Shown here: in pieces, positions 48,775-57,387 of the stretch
Layout: each line of letters opens with the position of its first letter
Numbering within the stretch: the stretch's first letter is position 1
Assembly: GCA_963695895.1 (NCBI GenBank)
Contig: CAVOIK010000022.1
Coordinates: 70,485-134,484, forward strand
Length of the DNA stretch: 64,000 nucleotides
Source of the DNA: an uncultured delta proteobacterium
GTDB lineage: Bacteria; Desulfobacterota; BSN033; UBA1163
Reading direction: 5' to 3'
Program-made: the position numbers and the translations under genes
Notes under the pieces: model-generated
Database searches by the model: none
What the model was told of the DNA's origin: nothing
The model's input: the letters and a program-made list of their open reading frames with translations, nothing else

Positions 48775-49980
48775 ATGACTGAGTCTCAGGTTTCACACGT
48801 GTCGAAAACGGAGACGACCCAAAATCCTTTTTCTTCGTCTTTAAGTCCGATCTTAAGCCTCGCCGGGATTTTCTTTTTGAACTTCCTTTCTCGAATTGCA
48901 CTCTCTCCTCTCCTTCCCACGATTGAGAAAGACCTGGGTGTGGGCCATGGAGAGGCAGGTTCTTTCTTCTTGCTGATCTCTCTTGGGTATTTCGCCATGT
49001 TGTTGGCTTCAAGTGTTGTTTCCTCTCAACTCGATCATAGAAAGACGATCCTTCTTTCCTCGGTGCTTGTGGGGTGTGCTCTTCTGTTCGTCTCGATGAG
49101 TCAGGATCTGTGGGGAATACGTTTGGGATTCGTCCTTTTGGGGATGGCCGCTGGGCTTTACCTTCCCTCTGGAATTGTCACCTTAACTGCGCTCGTCAGA
49201 TCCCAAGACCTGGGAAAAGCCATTGCCGTCCATGAACTCGCGCCTAATCTTGCCTATGTCGTAGCGCCTCTTCTCGTTGAAACGCTTCTACGATGGGGAT
49301 CCTGGCGAGACGTGTTAATGGTTCTTGGTTTTGCCTCCATGCTCTCCGGGTTCGCTTTTGGTTTTTGGGGGAAGGGAGGAGCCTTTCGAGGGGAGATCCC
49401 AAATACAAAAACTCTCTCGAGCTTCTTATTCACCCCCTCCTTCTGGCTCATGGTCATCATCTTTACGTTAGGCATTGGAGCAGCCCTGGGTATTTACTCT
49501 ATGATACCTCTTTATCTGGTTGCGGAACGGGGAATGGAGAAGTCTTCAGCCAATGCACTGGTCGCACTCTCACGGATCCCCACTCTGGGAATTTCATTCC
49601 TTTCAGGATGGATTACTGACCGTATCGGACCGAAACGGACTCTGAAAGTGACTTTTGTGGGTGTGGGGGTAATGACCTCTCTCCTTGGGCTAACCTCAGG
49701 ATCGTGGTTGTCGTTGATCGTGTTCTTGCAGCCTGTGGTTGCGACGGCGTTCTTCCCTCCTGGTTTCACAATGCTATCAAAAATGAGCTCCGTGGGAACC
49801 CGGAACCTGGTGACTTCTCTCACGGTCGCGGTGGGGTTTCTGCTCGGGGGAGGCGTGATTCCAGCTGGACTCGGGGTGATGGGAGAGGTGAGTTCCTTTC
49901 AACTCGGTTTTGTCATGGCAGGAGTCTTATTTGCAAGTGGCGCTCTGCTGATACCCCGTCTTAGGCTTGTCGAGGATTGA
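48775..49980 (+). CDS. MFS transporter
   Basis: About 400 aa with 12 predicted TM segments. ATG 48775 is preferred because the ORF-track start at 48712 lies in the repeat. Confidence 0.75.
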   Translation: MTESQVSHVSKTETTQNPFSSSLSPILSLAGIFFLNFLSRIALSPLLPTIEKDLGVGHGEAGSFFLLISLGYFAMLLASSVVSSQLDHRKTILLSSVLVGCALLFVSMSQDLWGIRLGFVLLGMAAGLYLPSGIVTLTALVRSQDLGKAIAVHELAPNLAYVVAPLLVETLLRWGSWRDVLMVLGFASMLSGFAFGFWGKGGAFRGEIPNTKTLSSFLFTPSFWLMVIIFTLGIGAALGIYSMIPLYLVAERGMEKSSANALVALSRIPTLGISFLSGWITDRIGPKRTLKVTFVGVGVMTSLLGLTSGSWLSLIVFLQPVVATAFFPPGFTMLSKMSSVGTRNLVTSLTVAVGFLLGGGVIPAGLGVMGEVSSFQLGFVMAGVLFASGALLIPRLRLVED

Positions 49981-50102
49981 AGCTCCCTGCCCCTACCTGC
50001 CGCAGGCAGGCACAGGGCGGGGCTTCCGGGTAATGTACATATGATTACAGGGTCGACTTTCTTCCCCGCCTAAAAGGCGGGTCATCCAGCCGACTTGCCC
50101 GT
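49979..50102 (-). repeat. REP-like two-module element, inverted orientation
   Basis: The reverse complement reads 'ACGGGCAAGTCGGCTGGATGACCCGCCttttaGGCGGGGaag...ttaCCCGGAAGCCCCGCCCtgtgCCTGCCtgcgGCAGGtaGGGGCAGGGAGCTTC'. Its end overlaps the MFS stop codon (tGAagctcc). Confidence 0.8.
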
Positions 50103-50169
50103 AACGGACAACTGGCCATCCAACGATTCTTGTCTGCGCCGCAAAAAGTTTAAACGCTGTCTTCTCTTA

Positions 50170-50514
50170 CTAGTGCGGTTCCCCGACTCCGTGGGTTTTC
50201 GCCAAATACCGGCAAATCTCGATGTCGTCAGAGATAAACCGATGTCCTTTGGCCTGGTTAACCGTCACGTTCGAAGGAACAGGGCGCGTGGGGTCTCCAA
50301 GGATAAGCTTTGGACAGCCCTGGTGTTCTTCCCCAAGCTCAGAAACGAGGGCAGGACGGGGTCTCTGGAAATCAATATACTGAATCTCGATCTTATCCCG
50401 AAGGGCTGGGTAGTAGGATAGCATTCCCTCTACTCGAGCACATCCAGGGCAGAAAAACGGTCCGCTTCCTTTGTCTGTGAAGTTTGGTTTTAGAAGATAC
50501 AATCGATCCTTCAT
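50170..50514 (-). CDS. DUF3088-family protein
   Basis: 'MKDRLYLLKPNFTD...FFCPGCARVEGMLSYYP...QRPRPALVSELGEEHQGCPKLIL' matches my recollection of DUF3088. ATG 50514 is preceded by ggaggg. Confidence 0.6.
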   Translation of the reverse strand: MKDRLYLLKPNFTDKGSGPFFCPGCARVEGMLSYYPALRDKIEIQYIDFQRPRPALVSELGEEHQGCPKLILGDPTRPVPSNVTVNQAKGHRFISDDIEICRYLAKTHGVGEPH

Positions 50515-50816
50515 GACGTTCCCTCCATTTCGCCTTTTTGTGATGACTAGAATGTTTACCCGCCTACTCAAAAGAGCGCGGCGTAATCTATGTCCCCTTC
50601 GTACGAATTATATCCCTTGATATTCTGATGGTCAATTTGGAGGGGATGCTATTGGATCCTCACGGGCTGTTGCCCAAAGCCCGTCAAGACCTGCCACACT
50701 ATTCGCTGCTGGAGATCCTATTGCGATACATTGTAGAAAAGGTTAAAGTTCAAACTCTTCCTTGACTTTCCACCGAGAAAAAGTCTTAACCTCAAAACGT
50801 CCGAAAGGGGCTTTGC

Positions 50817-51815
50817 ATGTATCATGTTGGAATTATTGGGACAGGGTCCTATGTTCCAGAAAGGGTTCTTACAAACTACGATCTGGAAAAGATGGTGGCG
50901 ACCAGTGACAAATGGATTGTGGAAAGGACAGGCATTCGTGAGCGAAGGATTGCAGCGGAAGAAGAAACGAACGTTACCATGGGCAAACTTGCTCTTGAAC
51001 GGGCCATAGAAAATGCACGTATCGATCCTAAAGAAATTGACATGCTCGTGATGGGGACCAATACGACTGAACCGGTTTGGCCCTCTGCTGCGGGCCACGT
51101 CGCGCGTCTCCTCAACCTCCGCAAGAACATCCCTTTCTTTGATCTGCAGGCGGGGTGTACCGGTTTCAACTATTCTCTGGCCGTGGCAGAGCAATTTGCA
51201 AAATCAGGACAATACCATACAATCGCTGTGGTCGGATCGGACAAGCTTTCAACCATCACCGATTATGAGGACAGAAACACGTGCGTTCTCTTTGGAGACG
51301 GGGCAGGAGCCGTGATCATACAGCGAAGGGTTCAAGAAGGTATCATCCGGTCCCATCTCGGTGGTCATTACAAATTGCGTGATACCCTGGTACTTCGCAA
51401 GAATGGAGACAACGGCCAGCGATTCATGTGGATGGAGGGGAAGAAAGTCTACGCTTTCGCCAAAACTGCGATGGCGAACAGCTGCCTGCGGGTCCTTGAC
51501 CCTGGTCAAATGGCTAGCAAGGAAGAACTCTGTTTATTGCTTAATCAGGTTGACAGAATCATTCCCCATCAGGCCAACGCAAGGATTATCAAGAGCGCTG
51601 CAGAGGATCTCGAATCCAGGCTCGAACTTCCCGATGGGACCGTTAAAAATAAGATGATCGTTACCATCGAAAAATATGGGAATAACTCCACGGCTTCTAT
51701 CCCTCTCGCCCTTGATGAATCCGTTCGGGAAGGCAGCCTCAAAGCGGGAGATCTTGTGATTCTTGTCGGTTTCGGAGCTGGCCTTACTTATGGTGCCAAT
51801 CTTGTGAGACTGTAG
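50817..51815 (+). CDS. fabH: 3-oxoacyl-ACP synthase III (KAS III)
   Basis: 332-aa ORF with 'SDKWIVERTGIRERR', active-site Cys in 'QAGCTGFNYSL', 'IPHQANARII' and 'YGNNSTASIPLAL'. Confidence 0.85.
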   Translation: MYHVGIIGTGSYVPERVLTNYDLEKMVATSDKWIVERTGIRERRIAAEEETNVTMGKLALERAIENARIDPKEIDMLVMGTNTTEPVWPSAAGHVARLLNLRKNIPFFDLQAGCTGFNYSLAVAEQFAKSGQYHTIAVVGSDKLSTITDYEDRNTCVLFGDGAGAVIIQRRVQEGIIRSHLGGHYKLRDTLVLRKNGDNGQRFMWMEGKKVYAFAKTAMANSCLRVLDPGQMASKEELCLLLNQVDRIIPHQANARIIKSAAEDLESRLELPDGTVKNKMIVTIEKYGNNSTASIPLALDESVREGSLKAGDLVILVGFGAGLTYGANLVRL

Positions 51816-51969
51816 AGTTGCGATCACACGATCCCTGATCACGCCTCCAAATGTCCTCGCCTGAATTTTCCGCCGAAATGTTTAAATGAAATGTCAGAAG
51901 AGTAAACATGTTGACCAACCTAAACAAGGGCGTTAGCATAGGCCTAACCTGTTTGTTAAGGAGGAAGCT

Positions 51970-52762
51970 TGAATCACCAGAGAAAGGACCAAAGGATTTT
52001 TAAAGAACTGATCAGGTTTCTGGATAGGAAGAAAACCTCCAGCAACATCCCCTGATCAGCTCGTGCTCGAGATTGGCAAATTCTTTCTGGGAACGCCTTA
52101 TGTGGTCGGTACACTCGAAACGAAGAGGGGCGAGCACCTTGTCGTCAATCTGAGAGAGTTCGACTGTGTCACGTTCGTCGAAAACGTGGTCGCTCTGGCA
52201 TGGCTGTGTGAAATCCCGGCAAAAATCTTTTGAAGGGTTTCGGAGGTTACTCCGGAAGATCCGTTACAGAAAGGGGCGGTTGCAGGGCTACTCCTCGAGG
52301 CTTCATTATTTTTCAGACTGGATTCATGACAACCAGAAGAAGGGTATCGTCAGGGATGTCACAGCAGAAATCGGAGGCAGGCCTTTCAGGAAGACCATCA
52401 ATTTCATGACGACACATCCGGACCTCTATCCTCCGCTAAAAGATGCGGCGAACCTTCGGAGAATGAAGTCTGTTGAAAGGACGATCAGCAGAAGATCGCT
52501 CTATTTCATCCCAAAGAAAATCGTGAGGACTCTGGAAGATCGGATTCATGATGGCGATCTTATCGCCATCACGACGAACACAGAAGGCCTTGATGTTCAG
52601 CATGTGGGGCTTGCCGTAAGAGTGAAGAATCGAATTCACCTGCTTCATGCCTCCAGCGCCGAGAGGAAGGTTGTTCTCTCCAAACAGACACTCTATCGGT
52701 ATCTAATGCAGAGCAGGGCCCGCTCCGGGATCATGGTGGCGCGGGTGTGTGCAGAAGGCTGA
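51970..52762 (+). pseudogene. DUF1460-family (amidase-like) protein; about two frameshifts
   Basis: TTG 51970 follows aaggagg. 'LVLEIGKFFLGTPYVVGTLE...HLVVNLREFDCVTFVENVVALA' is readable in one frame (52060-52200). ORF 52166..52762 then carries 'RLHYFSDWIHDN...GDLIAITTNTEGLDVQHVGL'. The breaks lie near 52030-52050 and 52210-52225. Confidence 0.55.
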
Positions 52763-52775
52763 AATGAATTTCCGC

Positions 52776-54038
52776 TTAGGGTGATGTGGCGGAGCTTTGA
52801 GAAAAATGAAGGTCTTTATTCTGGATCGGTTTTACCATCAGGAGTGCGATTAAGGATGTCGTGCTGACCAGCAAGCAGAGGACAAACCCAAGCTGATAAC
52901 TCCCGGTCACATCATAGAGGTACCCTACCAACATGGGACCGAAGGCTCCGCCAGCCGATCCCCCGATCGCGATCGATCCGTAGATGGTTCCGATAGTCCT
53001 TAAACCGTATAGTTCGGCGGCAATAGCTGGAACCAATCCGCCAGTTGCCCAAAGGCCGAAGCTAAAAATAACCCCAAAGACGTAGAGCATCCAGAGCCCT
53101 TTAGCGAGAAGAAGATAGGCAAATGCAATCTCCGACAGAATCAAACAAGTTACCAATGTCTTCTTGCATCCGATCTGATCGGCCACATTCCCAATCGCGA
53201 CCCTCGCAACGAGACTGATTCCAGCCGAAACAGATAGAACGCTGGCGGCGTTTGAAGCAGAGATCCCTTGGTCGATTGCGTGAATCACAATATGGACGGA
53301 GACCACATGCATGAGAAACATGTCGCATGAGAACACCAGGCTGAGAAGCCAGTACTGCCTGGTGCCCACGGCCCACCGAAGGGACGCCCCCTTTTCTCTC
53401 TCCTGTGAGTTTAGAGAATTCCCGTTCTTATCTCCAAAAGGTCGAAGTCCCATGTCAGCCGGATCCCGTTTGACCAGGAGTGCTCCTGTGATCATCAATG
53501 CCAGTGTCATCACACCAAGGATGAGATAGGCAACTCTCCACCCACGGGTATGAATGACGAGGGTGAAAAGAAACGGGAAGACCATGATCCCCAGGGCCCC
53601 CCCTGCAGTGAGCACTCCTGTCATTAATGCCCTTCGCCGGGTAAACCATCGAGTCCCTAGAGATAACATGGGAGAGCTGACGCCCATCCCGATTCCAACC
53701 ATGAGGCCATAATAAACATAAAGCTGCCACAGGGTCTGAATCGTAGACATTAGGAGATAGCTGCATCCAAGTGAGATACCGCAGCCGATGACCACGACCT
53801 TTGGCCCCAATCGGTCGGTGATTCGACCCCCGACAGCCCCGAAAATTCCCATCCCGACCATGGCGAGCGTAAACGCTCCAGAGACGACCGCCCTGGTCCA
53901 ACCGAATTCGCGGAGCATTGGCTCGAGAAAGACTCCGAAGGTCCGAGTTGTTCCCCAGGCCGTGATCATGACCAGGGTCGCTCCTCCGATCACGATATAA
54001 CCGTAGTAGATTCTACCTCCGGGTAGCTTAAGAGACAC
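52776..54038 (-). CDS. MFS transporter (oxalate/formate-antiporter-like)
   Basis: 420-aa ORF with 12 TM segments and 'GGRITDRLGPK' in loop 2-3. Confidence 0.75.
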   Translation of the reverse strand: MSLKLPGGRIYYGYIVIGGATLVMITAWGTTRTFGVFLEPMLREFGWTRAVVSGAFTLAMVGMGIFGAVGGRITDRLGPKVVVIGCGISLGCSYLLMSTIQTLWQLYVYYGLMVGIGMGVSSPMLSLGTRWFTRRRALMTGVLTAGGALGIMVFPFLFTLVIHTRGWRVAYLILGVMTLALMITGALLVKRDPADMGLRPFGDKNGNSLNSQEREKGASLRWAVGTRQYWLLSLVFSCDMFLMHVVSVHIVIHAIDQGISASNAASVLSVSAGISLVARVAIGNVADQIGCKKTLVTCLILSEIAFAYLLLAKGLWMLYVFGVIFSFGLWATGGLVPAIAAELYGLRTIGTIYGSIAIGGSAGGAFGPMLVGYLYDVTGSYQLGFVLCLLVSTTSLIALLMVKPIQNKDLHFSQSSATSP

Positions 54039-54186
54039 GCGGCAGACCCTTTCTTGATGAGGCGCTCTTTACGACGCTCATCTCCAAATAAAGGTGCTCC
54101 AGAAAATCCATCCTAGGAAACCCTGTAACTTGGATGAAATTCTCCCGTTTTCTTTCTTTGAGCTATCTGTGAAATCCAAATCCTTG

Positions 54187-55164
54187 TCAGGAGTGCCACA
54201 GCATTGCGGACATGACGCCTTCGATGGTCTTGCGGTCCAAGGACACTTCCCTGTAGATGCTCTCCACAGCCGCTGCATCCAGTCGTTCGAAATCCTTTTC
54301 CACGGGAGTGATCACGAGGCCGCCCATATCGATCGCCCCAGGGCTGACCACAACACGGTCATTCCCTTCCTTGAAAAACGCATCAGGACGATGTTTCCGG
54401 CGCGGAAAGACAATAAGACGCCATTTCCTTTCTTCATAGAGACCAACGATATTGATCATGGGTTCTTCGTTGAGAAGGAGGACGTTTTGCAGACCGTTCA
54501 GAAAACCCTTGAAAACACGCTCCACGGCCATCGGGTCACTCCCTTCCAGGAGGATGGCTTCGCGTCCTAGATTGTTCACCCGATAGAGCAGAACATCATC
54601 CATCTCTTTGACTAGAGTGAGTCTCTTCCCTTCCCGAATTTCTTTCTCAATCGGCATCTGTCCTGATCGGGCTGCCTGAAAATGAAGATGCTCTGGCGCA
54701 GACGCACCACATTTCGGCCCATTGTAAAGGACTGTCCAGCCGGACCCCAGATCCACCATGAGTTCGAGGAAGGTCCCAATGTGTTCGTCAATGGCTTGGA
54801 GGCGGTGATCTAAATGGGAAACGGTGAAGTGAGAAGAGAGAATAGGCATGGGATTGCAGAGAATCAGGTATTCACCTCGGTATAAGATGCCTTTCTGCCC
54901 TTGGGGAAGATGATCCAGGCAGAGGAAACATCGCCGCCCGTTTTGATTGTTTAGGCCCGCATCAGCCGTGGAACTTTTGATTCTTCGAGGGTTGTGCTGG
55001 AGACGAACAGAAAAACCCCTGCAGTCAACACTCCGTTCCGTGATCTCTTTGAACGATTCGCAGCCCTCGCGAAGGTCGTCCCAGCGTCTCTTGCTGTTCC
55101 GACAGAAGATCGAGGCAAAGTCCTGGAAGATCCCTCGAACTTTCTCCTCCCTCGAAGGTTGCAA
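54187..55164 (-). CDS. DUF4922 / GDP-hexose-phosphorylase-like HIT-superfamily protein
   Basis: 325-aa ORF with 'VRLQHNPRRIKSSTA', 'CFLC' and the His-x-His-x-Gln motif 'APEHLHFQA', as in GalT-branch HIT nucleotidyl-transferases/phosphorylases. Confidence 0.6.
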   Translation of the reverse strand: MQPSREEKVRGIFQDFASIFCRNSKRRWDDLREGCESFKEITERSVDCRGFSVRLQHNPRRIKSSTADAGLNNQNGRRCFLCLDHLPQGQKGILYRGEYLILCNPMPILSSHFTVSHLDHRLQAIDEHIGTFLELMVDLGSGWTVLYNGPKCGASAPEHLHFQAARSGQMPIEKEIREGKRLTLVKEMDDVLLYRVNNLGREAILLEGSDPMAVERVFKGFLNGLQNVLLLNEEPMINIVGLYEERKWRLIVFPRRKHRPDAFFKEGNDRVVVSPGAIDMGGLVITPVEKDFERLDAAAVESIYREVSLDRKTIEGVMSAMLWHS

Positions 55165-55690
55165 GAAGCTTCCTGTTAAGGAGCGGGGGTCGCCCTAATT
55201 TCTTGAAGCCAATGATGTGGCCAACCGTGGTGTGGGTTACCGCAAAAGATTCTTCCTTGACAAATAGGAAACCGATCTTTCTGTAAAGGGCGAGGGCCCT
55301 TTTGTTTTTGACCATCGCGCCGATCCAAAGTTCATCGAGTCCCCTTCCGGCAGCTTGTCCCTCCGCCACGTCAAGAAGCTGGGTGCCGATCCCCTGGCTC
55401 TGAAACTTCGGAACAACGTGGAGCGAAGGGACATAGAGACGATTTTCATCCCGATTAAAGACCAACCTTGCGTAGCCAACGATGTGACCGCCCGTTTCTG
55501 CAACAAAGCCGAATACGAAGGGGTCGTCGAACATGGTGAGGAGGTGCGTTTCCGTGTAGTGATTGTTGACATAGGACTTGAGGTCACTCCCGGGGATGAA
55601 ACTCGAATAGGTGGAGATCCAGGACTGCAAGGTGATTTTGCTGATGGTGGCAAAGTCCTCTTTCTGCCAGGGCCGGATCAGAATTCCCAT
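55025..55690 (-). CDS. GNAT-family N-acetyltransferase (3' end uncertain)
   Basis: 'HVVPKFQSQGIGTQLL' (acetyl-CoA Q/R-x-x-G-x-G/A motif) and 'NKRALALYRKIGF'. The GNAT fold ends near 55190. The last ~140 nt of the ORF overlaps the next gene and may be read-through caused by an indel. Confidence 0.7.
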   Translation of the reverse strand: MGILIRPWQKEDFATISKITLQSWISTYSSFIPGSDLKSYVNNHYTETHLLTMFDDPFVFGFVAETGGHIVGYARLVFNRDENRLYVPSLHVVPKFQSQGIGTQLLDVAEGQAAGRGLDELWIGAMVKNKRALALYRKIGFLFVKEESFAVTHTTVGHIIGFKKLGRPPLLNRKLLATFEGGESSRDLPGLCLDLLSEQQETLGRPSRGLRIVQRDHGTEC

Positions 55691-55832
55691 GGGTGACGTC
55701 TATCCTCCGCAGGGAAAAAGGTAAAACGCATAGGGCATGGCGCATAGCGTAACTTCTAAAATCATATTCTCCAATCTTAAAGCCTAACCGAAGCATCCCA
55801 CCTGAAATGTGCTGCCCCTTTGGGTAGTGACT

Positions 55833-57319
55833 CTATGCCCTATGTTCTATGCGCTCTGCGATTCGTTGCCGGGCGAGAATTTCCTCAGTGCGAATCTTGT
55901 CCTTGAAGGCATCGTTTCTGTTGGTCTCTTCAAGGGTGAGCGTCTGCATCCGTGTTGCCCGACCAGCGTCTACACAGGTAAAGACTTTCGTAAATCCTTC
56001 CGATCCGGTAATTCCCGGCAGATTCTCAGGGCGGCCGCGTAATCCTCACCGTAACTTACATTGAGAAATCCGATCTTGCGCATCAGGCGGGTGTTGAAAG
56101 CCCGCGGAGCACCTAATCCATTGATGCGTAACGCATTGTTGTGACCGTTCTCATCGGTCCATTCACGGTGGTCGATGAGACCCGGTGGAATCTCCCGCAA
56201 CTCGAAATCGACGAGAGTATAGGAACCGATCACCATGGGGTACCTGCCCTGGCGGAGCATGATGACCATCTTCTGCAACGTTTGAGGACTGCTGTAAAGA
56301 TCGTCGGAATCGAGTTGGACAGCATATCGTCCGCAAGCTTCGGAGTGGATGGCTTCATTCCAGCAGCCACCGATGCCAAGATCGGTCCTTTTCGGGACAA
56401 TGTGTTTGAGATTAGAATACTGCCTGGCGAGATCGGAAAGAACCACTGTTGTCCCATCCGTCGAGTGATTATCCACCACGATGACGTTGAATGAGAAGTC
56501 TGTCTGCTGTGACAGTGCGCTTTTCACCGCTTCAGAAATCGTTTCTTTCCGGTTCCGTACGGGGATGACGACAGAGGCCTCTACAGGGAAGGATTCTGTC
56601 GTTGGGTTGACTTCCCTCAGCTGATGGGGTGGCAGATAAGCTCCGATCTTCTTCAGGTATTCCGTGAAGACGGTCTCCATCTCCTTCTGTACGGCTTGAT
56701 GACGAGGATCAACGTACGCAAAAAGTTTCTCATTGCAGGAGGACTCATCCGTCTTTATCACCGTATAGAGCGGTTCCCCAACATGCAATACAGAGTGGTC
56801 AATGGAAACCTTCAGACGAAGATCATAGAGGCCAGCAAATGTCACTTCCGGTATGGCACCATATGTTTTCAGGGCCTTCCGAATAGCAGGGACCGAAAAG
56901 AGCATCATGGCGCCAAAGTCAAAATCATCGCGCACGCTCCCTGGTTGATAATCATTCAATGGATGAAGGGTCTTTGTCTGTGTGCTTTCATCATAGAAAT
57001 CCGAATAGACAAGACCTGCTTTGGTAGACTCGGCCACTTCGAGATATTTCTCCAGAGCTTTGGGTTCAAGGGATATCTGTTGAGGCCACGAAAAGGCAAG
57101 CAGGTACTTTGTCTGAATCCCGTCCAGAATCAAGTTGAGCGTCTCTTGTGATGGAAGAGGGTCGGAGGCAAGAACATGACACCTATCCATTTTGAAATGA
57201 ATAGGTTCCTGACTGACGATCACAATACGTTCGACCAAGTCTGACTTCGTCAGGGAAAGCAGAGTCTTCTCAAATAAAATCCCTGGGCTGTAAGGGCTGA
57301 CCACCGTGAGAGGCTTCAT
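55833..57319 (-). pseudogene. two-domain family-2 glycosyltransferase; two frameshifts near the 3' end
   Basis: ORF 55970..57319 has 'ASVVIPVRNRKETISEAV', 'VVDNHSTDGT' and 'QLDSDD' (DxD). After 'YAAALRICRE' the family-typical C-terminus is readable only in the other frames ('YRIGRIYESLYLCRRWSGNTDAD', then 'LTLEETNRNDAFKDKIRTEEILARQ') and ends at TAG 55833-55835. The breaks lie near 56008-56017 and 55935-55950. Confidence 0.7.
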
Positions 57320-57387
57320 TGCCCTTCATTATGCTTAAAGATGTCGTCCGAATCAACGTTGCCCACCCCACGATCTGACAAGATGGG

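Noticed and set aside
55025-55164. A 140-nt overlap between the GNAT ORF and the DUF4922 ORF as a possible programmed overlap or fusion.
   Set aside because: The GNAT fold is complete by about 55190 and the overlapping tail is low-complexity. Given the many indels in this window, read-through caused by a nearby frameshift is the simpler explanation. This is unresolved without reads.
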